Positions 18,099-29,318 of a stretch of 64,000 bases of DNA are shown here, one piece after another. The stretch spans positions 6,879-70,878 of the forward strand of contig LFER01000063.1 in the NCBI GenBank assembly GCA_001510135.1, in the 5' to 3' direction. The notes under the pieces were generated by a model that saw nothing but the letters and a program-made list of their open reading frames with translations, searched no databases and was not told the origin of the DNA. How positions within the stretch are numbered: the first letter of the stretch is position 1; the number at the start of each line of letters is the position of its first letter. Source of the stretch: Alphaproteobacteria bacterium casp-alpha6 (GTDB lineage: Bacteria; Pseudomonadota; Alphaproteobacteria; Rhodobacterales; Rhodobacteraceae). The position numbers and the translations under genes were made by a program.

Positions 18099-19715
18099 TT
18101 ATGCCGCAAAGTCCCTGATCAATTTCCAGTTAATTGCATCAAGCAAGGCTTCAAAACTTGCGTCAACAATATTGGCAGAGACACCAACCGTCGACCAACG
18201 CCGACCTTTGTCGTCCTCACTGTCGATGATGACGCGGGTCACAGCCTCTGTACCTCCTTGTGTAATCCGCACTTTGAAATCTACCAGCCGCATATCATCA
18301 ATCATTCCTTGATATGGACCAAGATCTTTGGCCAAAGCTTTGGAAAGAGCGTTAACGGGTCCGCGATCAGAACCAGTTTCATCCAAAGATTCGCTCACCG
18401 ATAGTTTTTTTTCCCCATCCACTTTGACGACAACTACCGCCTCGGACATGGATACCATTTCATTATATTTGTTTTTTCGCCGTTCAACTGAAACGCGGTA
18501 ACGTTTCACTTCAAAAAACTCGGGGCAAATGCCAAGCGTGCGCCTTGCAAGCAATTCAAAACTCGCCTGCGCAGTATCATAGGAATACCCTTCTGCTTCG
18601 CGCTCTTTAATCAATTCCAGAATGCGCCCTAAACTGGGATGGTCACGGTCAACTTCAATTCCAGCGTCAGCCAAACGACGGCGCAAGTTCGATTGACCGG
18701 CCTGATTTGACATCGGGATAAGCCGTTCATTTCCTACCATCGAAGGATCGATATGTTCATAAGTGCTTGGGTCCTTGATGATCGCACTGGCGTGAAGACC
18801 CGCTTTATGCACAAAAGCAGAGGCCCCGACATAAGGGGCCTGTCTCACAGGCACGCGGTTCAAGATATCATCTACAAGTCTAGACACGCGGGTTAGATTT
18901 TTCAGAGAGGATGTGGTGATACCCGCTTCAAAAAGATCCGAGAAGGGTTTTTTCAAAAGAAGCGTTGGGATCAGTGAAATAAGGTTCGCATTTCCGCAGC
19001 GTTCGCCCAATCCATTCAAAGTCCCCTGTATCTGACGCGCCCCCGCAAGCACAGCAGTCAAAGAATTGGCAACAGCGTTCTCTGTGTCGTTATGGGTATG
19101 GATGCCTATATGGCTGCCAGGAAGTCCAGAGGCAATCAGTTGTCGCACAATCTCATCGACTTCATGGGGCAAAGCTCCGCCATTTGTGTCACAGAGCACG
19201 ACCCATCGAGCACCATTTTGGTAGGCTTGCAACGCACATTCAGTTGCGTAACTTGGGTCGGATTTAAATCCATCAAAGAAGTGCTCTGCATCAAATAAGG
19301 CTTCACGGCCTGCCTCAGATAAAAGCTTCATCGATTGCCCAATGGCTTCAAGATTTTCCTCCAGCGAAATACCAAGTGCAGTTTTGACTTGGAAATCGTG
19401 GGTTTTTCCGACGAGACACACAGCAGAGGTCCCTGCGTTGACCACCGCGGACAGCACATCATCATTTTCAGCAGACCGCCCTGAGCGTTTTGTCATTCCA
19501 AAGGCCGTAAAGGTGGCTTTGCTGTCAGGGGGTCTTTGAAAAAACTCGTCGTCTGTCGGGTTTGCACCCGGCCATCCGCCTTCGATATAATCAACGCCCA
19601 GCTCATCCAAAGCCCGCGCGATCATATGTTTTTCTTCAGCAGAGAACTGAACACCTTGGGTTTGCGCTCCATCCCGCAGGGTCGTATCATAGATATATAA
19701 TTTTTCTTTGTTCAT
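18099..19715 (-). CDS. cimA: citramalate synthase (LeuA/CimA family)
   Basis: The track ORF extends to 19805 and would overlap cysS. Met-31 (ATG 19715) gives MNKEKLYIYDTTLRDGAQTQGV.. (the canonical HMGL-like N-terminus) and a ~538-aa product with a LeuA-dimer-like C-terminal domain. Confidence 0.85.
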   Translation of the reverse strand: MNKEKLYIYDTTLRDGAQTQGVQFSAEEKHMIARALDELGVDYIEGGWPGANPTDDEFFQRPPDSKATFTAFGMTKRSGRSAENDDVLSAVVNAGTSAVCLVGKTHDFQVKTALGISLEENLEAIGQSMKLLSEAGREALFDAEHFFDGFKSDPSYATECALQAYQNGARWVVLCDTNGGALPHEVDEIVRQLIASGLPGSHIGIHTHNDTENAVANSLTAVLAGARQIQGTLNGLGERCGNANLISLIPTLLLKKPFSDLFEAGITTSSLKNLTRVSRLVDDILNRVPVRQAPYVGASAFVHKAGLHASAIIKDPSTYEHIDPSMVGNERLIPMSNQAGQSNLRRRLADAGIEVDRDHPSLGRILELIKEREAEGYSYDTAQASFELLARRTLGICPEFFEVKRYRVSVERRKNKYNEMVSMSEAVVVVKVDGEKKLSVSESLDETGSDRGPVNALSKALAKDLGPYQGMIDDMRLVDFKVRITQGGTEAVTRVIIDSEDDKGRRWSTVGVSANIVDASFEALLDAINWKLIRDFAA

Positions 19716-19749
19716 ATTTCTACGCCCATCACTCTGCCCCGTCTTTTCC

Positions 19750-21117
19750 TTATTCCAAGTCCTTGAGGCGATCCAGATGAAATCCCGCCAGCGGCACCAG
19801 TTCAACCTTTGATTTGCTCATCCTGACGTCAATCCCTGCTGCAATCAGACCGGATTTAAGGCGATCGACCTGCGCAAAATCCTTGCTTTCCATCGCCTTT
19901 TCCCGCGCTTTGGTCAGCTTTGTTTCCCAAAGAGATAAGTCAACGGATGTAGCCCAGGCCCCCATATGGTCTTCAAGCAAGCCCAGAACGCCTGCGGTCG
20001 CCTTTAATTTGTCAGCCTCCCCGCGTGATGCCAAGGCATGAAGCTCAGCAATTGCACCTGCAGTATTCAAATCATCTGCGATTGACTCCAGCGCAAGTTG
20101 ACTCACCTGTGAAGGACGCACTCCATCACATAACTTTCGCCATTTGCGCAATGTATTTTCTGCATCACGCGCCTTGGTTTCGGTCCAATCCATAGGCTTG
20201 CCGTAATGGGTGGAAAGAAACACAAAGCGGATCACCTCGCCTGCATATCCCTCATCCAAAAGATCGCGTACGGTAAAGAAATTGCCAAGCGATTTTGACA
20301 TTTTCTTTCCCTCCACCTGAAGCATTTCATTGTGCAGCCAATAACGCGCAAAATGCGCTTCTGGATGGGCGCAATGGCTTTGGGCAATTTCGTTTTCGTG
20401 ATGGGGAAACAACAAATCATTGCCCCCCCCGTGGATGTCAAAACTTTCCCCCAAAAGGTCCTTGGCCATGGCAGAGCATTCGATATGCCACCCCGGCCTC
20501 CCGCGCCCCCATGGGCTTTCCCACCCCGGTGTTTCGTCCTCAGATGGTTTCCAAAGCACAAAATCCATCGGATCGCGTTTGTAAGGTGCAACCTCAACCC
20601 GCGCGCCGGCAATCATGTCTTCTACAGATCGCCCTGATAGCGCCCCGTACTTTTCGTAACTCTTGACCGAGAAAAGAACATGTCCCTCAGCGTCATAGGC
20701 ATGCCCCCTTTCAATGAGGTTTTCAATCATTGACACCATTTGTGTAATATATTGCGTGGCGCGCGGCATATGGGTAGGTTCCAAATTGCCAAGGGCGCCC
20801 ATATCCTCCAGATACCATTGTGATGTCTCTTGGGTGATTTCTGCAATATTGCGTCCGCTTTGGCGCGCGCGATCATTGATCTTGTCGTCCACATCCGTGA
20901 AGTTGCGCACATAATTCACGGCTTTTTCGCCATAGATATGGCGCAAAAGCCGAAAGAGCACATCAAACATGATAACATTACGCGCATTGCCAAGATGTGC
21001 GCGATCATAGACCGTTGGGCCACAAAGATACATGCGTACATCTTTGGGATCAATTGGAACGAACCGCTCTTTTTTGCGGGTCATGGAATTATGTAAATAA
21101 ATATTGGTCATAGTCAT
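19750..21117 (-). CDS. cysS: cysteine--tRNA ligase
   Basis: 455-aa ORF. Class-I HIGH motif (..[11 protein letters not shown]..) and KMSKS (..[10 protein letters not shown]..), with ..GWHIECS.. zinc-site context. Confidence 0.94.
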   Translation of the reverse strand: MTMTNIYLHNSMTRKKERFVPIDPKDVRMYLCGPTVYDRAHLGNARNVIMFDVLFRLLRHIYGEKAVNYVRNFTDVDDKINDRARQSGRNIAEITQETSQWYLEDMGALGNLEPTHMPRATQYITQMVSMIENLIERGHAYDAEGHVLFSVKSYEKYGALSGRSVEDMIAGARVEVAPYKRDPMDFVLWKPSEDETPGWESPWGRGRPGWHIECSAMAKDLLGESFDIHGGGNDLLFPHHENEIAQSHCAHPEAHFARYWLHNEMLQVEGKKMSKSLGNFFTVRDLLDEGYAGEVIRFVFLSTHYGKPMDWTETKARDAENTLRKWRKLCDGVRPSQVSQLALESIADDLNTAGAIAELHALASRGEADKLKATAGVLGLLEDHMGAWATSVDLSLWETKLTKAREKAMESKDFAQVDRLKSGLIAAGIDVRMSKSKVELVPLAGFHLDRLKDLE

Positions 21118-21346
21118 TGCATATCTTATCCGCGCTTTGAGCGGGACTTAGCAACTTTAATCAGGATTGAAAATGACGAAAGAACCTTCCCGCTGGATAC
21201 TGTTCAGCAGAGAATGTAACAGGGATTGGGAATTCTTTCATTCATAGAAAATCCCTAACAGTCAAATCTGTAGATTTCAAGCCGCGATCAATTGACAGAG
21301 GTGTGTTTGAAATGGCAGATGGGCGGTATTTAAAGCGGAGTTTTAT

Positions 21347-22534
21347 ATGCAGCCTTCCCAACGCATTTCAAACATGAACCTAGACGGGTCAGACGGCTGG
21401 GAAGTCTTCATCCGTGCACGTGCTCTTATTGAGGCGGGCCAACAGATCACCGAATTGACCATCGGCGAACATGACATACGCACTGATCCGAGTATTCTAA
21501 AGGCCATGCACGCCTCCGCTATGGCTGGCAATACGGGATATGCCATGGTGCCGGGAATGCATGCATTGCGTAAAGCCATCGCAGAGCGCATCACAACGAG
21601 AACTGGCGTGCCGACCGGTTTTGAAAACGTGATGATCACCACAGGCGGGCAAGCGGCGCTTTTCGCCGCCCATACTGCAACCTGTGATCCCGGTGATACA
21701 GCTCTTTATGTGGAACCCTATTACGCCACCTATCCTTCAACGCTTCGGGCACAAAACCTCAACGCGCGCTCTGTGCCAACACGCGCCAGATATGGCTTTG
21801 AACCCCAAAAAGAGGATCTGGAGCCATTGATGCGCGAGGCACGCTCTTTATTGATCAACTCTCCAAACAACCCGTCGGGGACGGTCTACTCGCGTCAAAC
21901 CCATGAAATGATCGCAAATCTTTGCAAGTTACATGATCTTTGGCTTATCTCTGACGAAGTCTACGACACACAAGTGTGGGCTGGCGCCCATTTTTCACCG
22001 CGTGCGCTTCCGGATATGGCTGAACGCACGTTGGTCATTGGTTCCATGTCCAAAAGCCATGCGATGACAGGCAGCCGCGTGGGTTGGATTGTTGGCCCCG
22101 AAGATATGATTTCCAAGCTTATCGATCTCGCGACCAATACGACATATGGTGTTCCGGGATTCATTCAGGAAGGCGCGCTTTACGGATTGTCCTTGGGGAC
22201 ATCATTTGAGGAAAAGATCGCAGCCCCCTTTCGAAGGCGTCGTGAAAATGCGTTGGATATTCTCAAAAAATTTCCGGCGGTGCGCGCCATCGATCCTAAG
22301 GGAGCGATGTATCTGATGGTGGATATTCGCGCGACCGGTCTCACCGGTGACGAATTTGCAAACAAGTTGCTTGATGAACGTCAGATCGCAGTGATGCCGG
22401 GCGAAAGTTTTGGCGCCTCAGCGGCTGGACATCTGCGTATTGCCATGACGGTCGAAGACGAGAAATTTGCCTCAGCTCTGACCGTGCTGTGTACTTTTGC
22501 CACAGAATTGGCGCAGAATGCCGCCCATGTCTGA
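21347..22534 (+). CDS. PLP-dependent aminotransferase (aspartate/aromatic type)
   Basis: 395-aa ORF. ..INSPNNPSG.. and PLP-lysine motif GSMSKSHAMTGSRVGW. Confidence 0.87.
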   Translation: MQPSQRISNMNLDGSDGWEVFIRARALIEAGQQITELTIGEHDIRTDPSILKAMHASAMAGNTGYAMVPGMHALRKAIAERITTRTGVPTGFENVMITTGGQAALFAAHTATCDPGDTALYVEPYYATYPSTLRAQNLNARSVPTRARYGFEPQKEDLEPLMREARSLLINSPNNPSGTVYSRQTHEMIANLCKLHDLWLISDEVYDTQVWAGAHFSPRALPDMAERTLVIGSMSKSHAMTGSRVGWIVGPEDMISKLIDLATNTTYGVPGFIQEGALYGLSLGTSFEEKIAAPFRRRRENALDILKKFPAVRAIDPKGAMYLMVDIRATGLTGDEFANKLLDERQIAVMPGESFGASAAGHLRIAMTVEDEKFASALTVLCTFATELAQNAAHV

Positions 22535-22877
22535 GGCGCTTTCTTCTATCCGCAACATTGGCCCTGCGATGGAAGCCGCCTTTAAAAATGCGGGAATCGA
22601 AAATGCTGACGCCCTTCGTGATCTTGGTGCGGATGAAGGCTACCGCCGACTTTTGGCATCAGGTCACCGGCCCCATTTTATTGCCTATTATGTGATTGTC
22701 ATGGGCCTTCAGGGTCGCCCTTGGAATGATTGTCAGGGACAGGAAAAGAAAGATCTGCGAAAGCGTTTTGACGCAATTAAGGCGAGCATTGTGCCAAACC
22801 AAAACGGGTATGATGCGGAAATGGAGCGGACTTTAGATCGACTGGGTGTTGTGGAAAGAAAAAAGGCAAAGGGATGA
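22527..22877 (+). CDS. TfoX/Sxy C-terminal domain protein
   Basis: Start moved to Met-11 (MSEALSSIRNIGPAMEAAFKNAGIENADALRDLGADEGYRRL..), a helix-hairpin-helix pattern of the TfoX_C domain. 8-nt overlap with the upstream aminotransferase. Confidence 0.7.
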   Translation: MSEALSSIRNIGPAMEAAFKNAGIENADALRDLGADEGYRRLLASGHRPHFIAYYVIVMGLQGRPWNDCQGQEKKDLRKRFDAIKASIVPNQNGYDAEMERTLDRLGVVERKKAKG

Positions 22878-22889
22878 CCCTTTGCCTTT
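22862..22889. terminator. hairpin between convergent TfoX-like gene and ndk
   Basis: Perfect 12-bp stem aaaggcaaaggg / ccctttgccttt with loop atga (the loop contains the TfoX-like stop codon). The T-tract is weak, so terminator function is inferred. Confidence 0.5.
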
Positions 22890-22913
22890 CGCCCTAAATC
22901 GGTCTGCTCGGGA

Positions 22914-23336
22914 TTAACCGACCAGTTCAATACCGGAAAAGAAATAGGCAATTTCAACCGCGGCTGTTTCAGGCGCGTCTGATCCATGGACTGAATTTTC
23001 ACCGACAGATTCTGCAAATTCCGCGCGGATCGTTCCGGGGGCAGCATCCGCAGGGTTTGTAGCCCCCATTACTTCACGGTTTTTGGAAATTGCGTTTTCG
23101 CCTTCCAGAACCTGAACCACGACGGGAGCAGAGGACATAAATTCGCAAAGTTCGTCGTAAAAAGGACGTTCCGCATGCACACCGTAAAACACGCCGGCTT
23201 GCGCTTTGGTCATATGAATGCGTTTTTGGGCGACAATGCGCAAACCCGCTTCTTCGAATTTTGCGTTTATTTTGCCGGTAAGGTTACGGCGTGTTGCATC
23301 CGGTTTGATGATGCTGAATGTGCGCTCAAGTGCCAT
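22914..23336 (-). CDS. ndk: nucleoside-diphosphate kinase
   Basis: 140-aa [17 protein letters not shown].., ..NSVHGSD.. active-site His context. Confidence 0.95.
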   Translation of the reverse strand: MALERTFSIIKPDATRRNLTGKINAKFEEAGLRIVAQKRIHMTKAQAGVFYGVHAERPFYDELCEFMSSAPVVVQVLEGENAISKNREVMGATNPADAAPGTIRAEFAESVGENSVHGSDAPETAAVEIAYFFSGIELVG

Positions 23337-23518
23337 ATCTGATATCCTTTTCTACAAGCGATGAAGGGCCTTCGCAGCACCTCCAATGTTAGCGCCCCCG
23401 TAACATGGGACCACAGGATTGAAAAGCCGGTTTTTGGAATTGTTGCAGAGTTACCGTTCCTTACTCTTTGGTGTTTTTGGCATGGCGCCCCGCTCCATCA
23501 GGTGATAAGTCAGCCCCC

Positions 23519-25378
23519 ATGCTGACGATTTCCGATATTTCATATTCCGTCGAGGGTCGCCCCCTGTTTGAGGGTGCCAGTGCGACGATTCCAGATGGCC
23601 ATAAAGTGGGACTTGTGGGGCGCAACGGAACAGGAAAAACAACGCTTTTTAACCTGATCAAAGGCGAATTGACGCTTGAGGGCGGATCAATCTCGCTTCC
23701 TTCAAGGGCCCGCATCGGCGGCGTAGCTCAAGAAGTTCCCGGAAATGAGATTTCGCTCCTAAACACCGTTCTTGCTGCAGACACGGAACGGGCAGCTCTT
23801 TTGGAGGAAAGCACCACCGCAACAGATCCCGATCGTATCGCCGAGATCCAGACACGACTGAATGATATTGATGCCTGGTCCGCAGAGGCGCGCGCCGCTT
23901 CTATTCTTAGAGGATTGGGCTTTGACAGTGCGGCCCAAGCCATGCCCTGTAGCGCTTTTTCCGGCGGCTGGCGAATGCGGGTGGCCCTAGCGGGAGTGCT
24001 TTTCGCAGCGCCCGATCTTTTGCTCCTGGACGAACCAACAAACTATCTTGATCTGGAAGGTGCGATTTGGCTTGAAAACTATTTGGTTAAATATCCTCAC
24101 ACGGTAATCGTGATTAGCCATGACAGGGGGCTTCTTAACCGATCTGTCCAGTCCATACTGCACCTTGAGGACAGGAAACTGACCTTTTATTCCGGTCCCT
24201 ATGATACCTTTGCAAAGACGCGTGCAGCTCGATTGGCCAATGCTGAGGCAGAAGCCAAAAAACAGAATGCGCGGCGAGCACATCTGCAGTCTTATGTGGA
24301 CCGCTTTCGCTACAAGGCGGATAAAGCGCGTCAGGCCCAATCCCGCCTGAAGGCAATCGCGCGCCTCGAACCTATAACGCGACCTCAAGAAGCAGCGCTT
24401 AAAAGGTTTTCTTTTCCCGAACCGGAAGAGCTTTCTCCACCGATTTTACGCGTCGAAAGCGGCGTGGTAGGATACGGCGGAAAATCAGTCCTTTCGCACC
24501 TTGATCTCAGAATTGATCAAGACGACCGGATCGCGCTTTTGGGGCAAAACGGGCAAGGAAAATCGACGCTGGCCAAACTGATTTCAGACCGGCTGAAACC
24601 GATGGCTGGACAAATATTTCGATCCTCAAAGCTTCGTATAGGATATTTTGCCCAACATCAGGTGGATGAGCTTTATGTTGATGAAACGCCTCTTGACCAC
24701 CTGCGTAGACTTAGACCCTCAAAAACCCCAGCACAAATCAGGGCAATCTTGGGCGGATTTGGAATTGGAGCAGAACAGGCCGATACGGTCGTTGGTCGCC
24801 TCTCAGGCGGCCAGAAAGCCCGACTTTCGTTGTTGCTGGCGACACTGGATGCACCTCATTTGCTGATACTTGACGAACCGACAAACCATTTGGATATCGA
24901 AAGCCGCGAAGCGCTTGTTGAGGCCTTAACCGCTTATTCTGGCGCGGTCATTCTGGTGAGCCATGACATGCATCTTTTGTCTTTGGTGGCTGATCGCCTA
25001 TGGCTTGTCAAAGGCGGGCAAGTCCAGCCCTATGACGAGGATCTTGATACCTATCGCGCGTTCTTGCTGAGCGGGGAAAAGGCGCAGGCAAAACAAAAAA
25101 GCGAGAAACCAAAACCAAAACGCGCAAGTCGTGACGAAATACTGGCAATGAAGGCAGAGGTGCGCAAAAGCGAAACACGTCTGGAAAAGCTCAACGAGAT
25201 GCGAGACAAACTCGCCAGCAAACTGGCGGACCCTTCCCTTTATGAAGACACCAGAATTGGCGAGTTGGAAACATGGAATCGCAAATATGCTGAACTTATG
25301 GAGGCCTTAGAGCGAGCAGAGGCGCTATGGGTTTCCGCAGAAGAAAAACTTGAAGCGGCACTTAAACAAACCGCCTAG
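23519..25378 (+). CDS. ABC-F family ATPase (two ABC domains, no permease)
   Basis: Start moved to MLTISDISYSVEG.. Two Walker A motifs (GRNGTGKTT, GQNGQGKST), two signature motifs (FSGGWRMR, LSGGQKAR) and a charged coiled-coil C-terminal tail. Confidence 0.9.
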   Translation: MLTISDISYSVEGRPLFEGASATIPDGHKVGLVGRNGTGKTTLFNLIKGELTLEGGSISLPSRARIGGVAQEVPGNEISLLNTVLAADTERAALLEESTTATDPDRIAEIQTRLNDIDAWSAEARAASILRGLGFDSAAQAMPCSAFSGGWRMRVALAGVLFAAPDLLLLDEPTNYLDLEGAIWLENYLVKYPHTVIVISHDRGLLNRSVQSILHLEDRKLTFYSGPYDTFAKTRAARLANAEAEAKKQNARRAHLQSYVDRFRYKADKARQAQSRLKAIARLEPITRPQEAALKRFSFPEPEELSPPILRVESGVVGYGGKSVLSHLDLRIDQDDRIALLGQNGQGKSTLAKLISDRLKPMAGQIFRSSKLRIGYFAQHQVDELYVDETPLDHLRRLRPSKTPAQIRAILGGFGIGAEQADTVVGRLSGGQKARLSLLLATLDAPHLLILDEPTNHLDIESREALVEALTAYSGAVILVSHDMHLLSLVADRLWLVKGGQVQPYDEDLDTYRAFLLSGEKAQAKQKSEKPKPKRASRDEILAMKAEVRKSETRLEKLNEMRDKLASKLADPSLYEDTRIGELETWNRKYAELMEALERAEALWVSAEEKLEAALKQTA

Positions 25379-25497
25379 CTGTCTTGTCATCCCGCGTATC
25401 AGTAACCGGAGCTTAGGACAGGACACTTGTATTTAACCAAAGATAAGCCACATCTGTTATAAACATAGTATTCAAATTGTAAAAAGGGCAGATTTTA

Positions 25498-26079
25498 ATG
25501 GAGGAAAACGATTTTTCCAGATTGATTTATCTTTCAGTTCTTGTTGTCGCAATTCTTGGTTCCGTTTTGATAAGCCGGCGCGGTGCCTATGGGAAAATGT
25601 TCCGGCAGGCCGGAGTATGGTTGCTGATCTTTATGGGTCTCGTTGCGATCGTGGCAAGTTGGCAGGACATTCGCCAATCGGGGCAAACAATGTCTTTTCA
25701 GCAGTCCGAAGACAGCGCAATTATTATTCCCAAAGAAATTGACGGTCATTTTCATCTAACGGTTACAATCAATGACAGGCCCATTGAATTTCTTGTGGAC
25801 ACTGGCGCATCTGATATCGTGCTCACGCGCAACGATGCTGCCCGAGTTGGGTTTGATCCCAACAGACTTGACTACTGGGGCATGGCAAATACCGCGAATG
25901 GCACGGTCAGATTGGCAACCATACGATTGGAAACAGTACGTCTGGGCGAATTCATTGATAAAAATATTCGCGCTTCGGTGAACAAAGCCCCAATGGAAAA
26001 GTCGCTTTTAGGTATGCGGTATTTGTCCAAATTTAGAGCAATTGAAATCAGCAATGATCAAATGATCTTGAAACGTTAG
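25498..26079 (+). CDS. membrane-anchored retropepsin-like (clan AA) aspartic protease
   Basis: 193-aa ORF. Two N-terminal TM spans, then FLVDTGASDIVLT and ..SLLGMRYL.. as in the TIGR02281-type family. Confidence 0.8.
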   Translation: MEENDFSRLIYLSVLVVAILGSVLISRRGAYGKMFRQAGVWLLIFMGLVAIVASWQDIRQSGQTMSFQQSEDSAIIIPKEIDGHFHLTVTINDRPIEFLVDTGASDIVLTRNDAARVGFDPNRLDYWGMANTANGTVRLATIRLETVRLGEFIDKNIRASVNKAPMEKSLLGMRYLSKFRAIEISNDQMILKR

Positions 26080-26092
26080 ACGATCAATGTGG

Positions 26093-26557
26093 TCATTCGG
26101 GGAGGTTCGCTTCAGCCTTTTTTTGCCATCGGCCGGTTTCTTCTGACCAATACTGTGTGTGGCAGTGCGCATCGCTTAACATTTTCCACTGTGAACGCGC
26201 GCAAAGGAGCGCGTCTTGGTCATTGCCATCAAACAAAATGCAAACGCGTTCTTTTGAACGTACCTCCTCTTCAGATACATCCGCACCATCAACAGCCATG
26301 ATGCAGTGCGTATCTTCGATTGGTTGCGTTGAAATGAGAACGGGCTGAAGGTGATCGTGATCCCCGCCGGCTAGACCGTGCGGTAGGAATCCATTTTCGT
26401 TTCCCAGCCACAATTTTTCATCGAGCCATGTGGCGCGGGATATGTCAGTACAGCGCACCTCTATGCGCCATCCCGCACCCATGGCTTTTTCCAAAAGCTG
26501 CGGCAAAGCGGTTTCCAAGGGGTGCCTTGTAAGGTGATAAAAATACGCTGCTCCCAT
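26093..26557 (-). CDS. holC: DNA polymerase III subunit chi
   Basis: 154-aa ORF. N-terminus AYFYHLTRHPLE..LPQLLEKA is typical of HolC. Located directly downstream of pepA, as in E. coli. Confidence 0.85.
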   Translation of the reverse strand: MGAAYFYHLTRHPLETALPQLLEKAMGAGWRIEVRCTDISRATWLDEKLWLGNENGFLPHGLAGGDHDHLQPVLISTQPIEDTHCIMAVDGADVSEEEVRSKERVCILFDGNDQDALLCARSQWKMLSDAHCHTQYWSEETGRWQKKAEANLPE

Positions 26558-26558
26558 G

Positions 26559-28067
26559 TTATCCGGCTTCCATCATATCCTTTACCAAGCGATTGAGCGT
26601 CATAACTCCCCAACCGGTGGCGCCAGAAGGAGAATAATCCCCCCCTTTTTTGGAATAGGTCACCCCTGCGATATCAAGATGTGCCCAAGGTGTACTTTCC
26701 TTGACAAAACGTTGAAGGAATTGTGCCGCCACGATAGAACCGCCGCTGCGACCAACTTTGCCCATATTGGCCATGTCTGCCACATCAGAGTTGATCTGCG
26801 CATCATAGTCTTTGGACAGAGGCATACGCCAAACGCCTTCGGCTTCATTGAATGCAGCAGCGGATATTGCATTGCAAAATCTATCATCATTCGAAAAAAG
26901 CCCTGCATTTTGTGAGCCAAGAGCCACAATGATTGCCCCGGTGAGAGTTGCCAGATCAATCATTGCAGCAGGCGAAAACCTGTCCTGTGCATACCACATC
27001 ACATCGCTCAGCACCAAACGCCCTTCAGCGTCTGTATTAAGCACTTCGATCGTGTCTCCTTTCATGGATGTCACGATATCTCCGGGTCTTGTCGCTGATC
27101 CCGAGGGCATATTTTCTACAAGCCCAACGAGCCCGACCACATTTGCCTTCGCTTTACGCAGCGCCAGCGTTTTCATGGTCCCGGCAACCACGCCGGCACC
27201 CCCCATATCCATGATCATTTCAGGCATGCCGCTTGCTGGTTTTAGGCTGATCCCACCGGTGTCAAACACAACGCCCTTCCCCACGAGTGCCAATGGCGCT
27301 TCTCCTTCGGGCCCTCCATTCCAGCGCATCACAACCATCTTAGAGGGACTTTCTGATCCCTGCCCCACACATAATAGCGCCCCCATGCCAAGCGCCGCCA
27401 TTTCATCTTCTTCGAATACCTCAACAACGAGCCCAAAACTTTGCAAATCTTTCGAACGTTCAGCAAATTCAGTTGTTGTAAGAATATTTGCAGGTTCATT
27501 CACGAGGTCACGGGTGAAATGGACCCCCGAAACGACAGCGTCTAAGGCATTTAGATCGGTACTGAGGCTTTCTGGTTTATTATGTAAAAAGGTAATTTTT
27601 TTAAAATCGCTGGTCTTCTCTTTTGTAGTGCGCTTGTCAAATGTGTACTGCCTCAGAAGACAACCCAGAATCAGATCTTCACAACGCTTTATACCACCGC
27701 AAAAAATATTTGCATGAGAGGTGCCGATCCGTTTGGCCAAACCTGCACCGGCAAGGCGGCGTTCCTTGGTGTTAGCAGTCCGCTCCAAAATCAGGACTTC
27801 AATCGACTTTGCTTTCATACCCGCTGGAAATGGCAGGCTGATGATGTCACCACTTTTTCGCGATGAAAACCCATCATCAAGAAACAGACGTTCAATCGCA
27901 CCTTTTGTTAACCTGTTCAATCTGCGCGCAATTTGATCCAGTTTTCCATCAGGATGCACCACAATACAGATGCGTCCTTCGGAATGTTCCAATAGTTTAA
28001 GATCAGTTTGTTTTAGGTCAAAATAATCGCCCATATCAAACGCTTCTCCTCTGCAAAAAAATGCCAA
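26559..28067 (-). CDS. pepA: leucyl aminopeptidase (M17)
   Basis: 502-aa ORF. ..VGKGVVFDTGGISLKP.. and the M17 signature NTDAEGRLVLSD. Start may be Met-12 (28034). Confidence 0.93.
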   Translation of the reverse strand: MAFFCRGEAFDMGDYFDLKQTDLKLLEHSEGRICIVVHPDGKLDQIARRLNRLTKGAIERLFLDDGFSSRKSGDIISLPFPAGMKAKSIEVLILERTANTKERRLAGAGLAKRIGTSHANIFCGGIKRCEDLILGCLLRQYTFDKRTTKEKTSDFKKITFLHNKPESLSTDLNALDAVVSGVHFTRDLVNEPANILTTTEFAERSKDLQSFGLVVEVFEEDEMAALGMGALLCVGQGSESPSKMVVMRWNGGPEGEAPLALVGKGVVFDTGGISLKPASGMPEMIMDMGGAGVVAGTMKTLALRKAKANVVGLVGLVENMPSGSATRPGDIVTSMKGDTIEVLNTDAEGRLVLSDVMWYAQDRFSPAAMIDLATLTGAIIVALGSQNAGLFSNDDRFCNAISAAAFNEAEGVWRMPLSKDYDAQINSDVADMANMGKVGRSGGSIVAAQFLQRFVKESTPWAHLDIAGVTYSKKGGDYSPSGATGWGVMTLNRLVKDMMEAG

Positions 28068-28160
28068 CCTTCCGGCGGCGATCCGCCTTAATCATATGTT
28101 TATGGTTTGCCCCAGAAACCATTTGCGATAAAGCATGTCTAGTCAGAAAATACGACAGAG

Positions 28161-29318
28161 GTGAGCGTGTCAAAATTTGATCGTTACTTTTTCAACCAAC
28201 TCTTGGTGTCTTTTCTGTTTTTTTCGATTGTGCTTATCGCGGTCTTTTGGGTGAACAAGGCGGTGATCCTTTTTGACAAACTGATATCAGATGGCCATTC
28301 TGCAGCAATTTTTTTTGAATTTTCCTTACTTGCCCTGCCTGAAGCCGCAGCTTTAGTGTTTCCGATTTCCAGTTTTGCTGCAGCGGTTTATGTATCCAAC
28401 CGGCTAAGTAATGAAAGTGAATTTGTAATCTTGCGGGCTTCAGGAGTAAGTGCCGGTCGCCTTGCACGTCCGGTTTTATATTTTGGAGTGATTATTGCCT
28501 TGGTGATGATCATGATCACGAATGTCGCCATTCCTCTGAGCAAAAATCAACTTAATCAGCGGGAACATGAAATCGGGGCAAATTTAACTGCGAAACTTCT
28601 AAGAGAGGGGCGTTTCCTCCATCCTAGAGCCAAAACCACCCTCTTTATCGAAAAAATTGCGTTGGACGGGGAGCTTAAGAATGTGTTTCTGTCTGACAGA
28701 CGTGAACCTTTGACCACCCGAACCTATACAGCGCAAAGTGCCTATTTACTGCAACAAAACGGCAGCAATAAGCTTGTATTGGTGAATGGAATAAGTCAAA
28801 TTCTGGATAATGAGACAAATCAGCTGTCGACTACCTCATTTTCTGATCTGACCTTTGATGTGGGGGATTATTTTTCCCAGAGTACGACAAGCCGGCGCAA
28901 GATCGATGGCTTTTCAACATTGGAAATGTTGTCAAATCCTGCTTTTGTCTTATTGGAAAGCGGTAGTTCAATGGGTGCTTTCATCGAAAATCTGAACCAG
29001 CGCTTTCATCAACCTCTGTTAAGCCTTTTGAGTGCCCTCATCGGATTTGGTGCGATCGCGGGGGCTGGGTATTCGCGCCTTGGGACCGGACGCTACGTCG
29101 TTATCGCAATTTTTTTGCTCGTCATCGTGAAGCTGATTGAAGGCGCCTTGAAGGACACCGTGTATAAAAGTGCAAATAACTGGCCTTTTGTTTATGCTCC
29201 GGGAATATTTGCGTTATTTTGCGTTATTTTTCTTATTCTACGCGCAGATAAAACGCCTTTACGGTCTTCTGCTCTTGGATTTGGTTCCGTATCGAAATCC
29301 GCAGGAGCACCCCAATGA
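28161..29318 (+). CDS. lptF: LPS export ABC transporter permease LptF
   Basis: 385-aa ORF (GTG start). YjgP/YjgQ-type N-terminus FDRYFFNQLLVSFLFF, with six hydrophobic spans around a periplasmic domain. Confidence 0.85.
   Translation: MSVSKFDRYFFNQLLVSFLFFSIVLIAVFWVNKAVILFDKLISDGHSAAIFFEFSLLALPEAAALVFPISSFAAAVYVSNRLSNESEFVILRASGVSAGRLARPVLYFGVIIALVMIMITNVAIPLSKNQLNQREHEIGANLTAKLLREGRFLHPRAKTTLFIEKIALDGELKNVFLSDRREPLTTRTYTAQSAYLLQQNGSNKLVLVNGISQILDNETNQLSTTSFSDLTFDVGDYFSQSTTSRRKIDGFSTLEMLSNPAFVLLESGSSMGAFIENLNQRFHQPLLSLLSALIGFGAIAGAGYSRLGTGRYVVIAIFLLVIVKLIEGALKDTVYKSANNWPFVYAPGIFALFCVIFLILRADKTPLRSSALGFGSVSKSAGAPQ

Noticed and set aside
19716-19805. 30-codon N-terminal extension of the citramalate synthase ORF
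   Set aside because: It would overlap the cysS 3' end by 56 nt and adds Trp/Arg-rich junk. The conserved N-terminus begins at ATG 19715.
26812-27717. 301-aa plus-strand ORF inside pepA
   Set aside because: Entirely antisense to a well-supported M17 aminopeptidase. The product is Ser/Pro/Ala/Thr-rich and low in complexity with no motifs. This is a typical shadow ORF.
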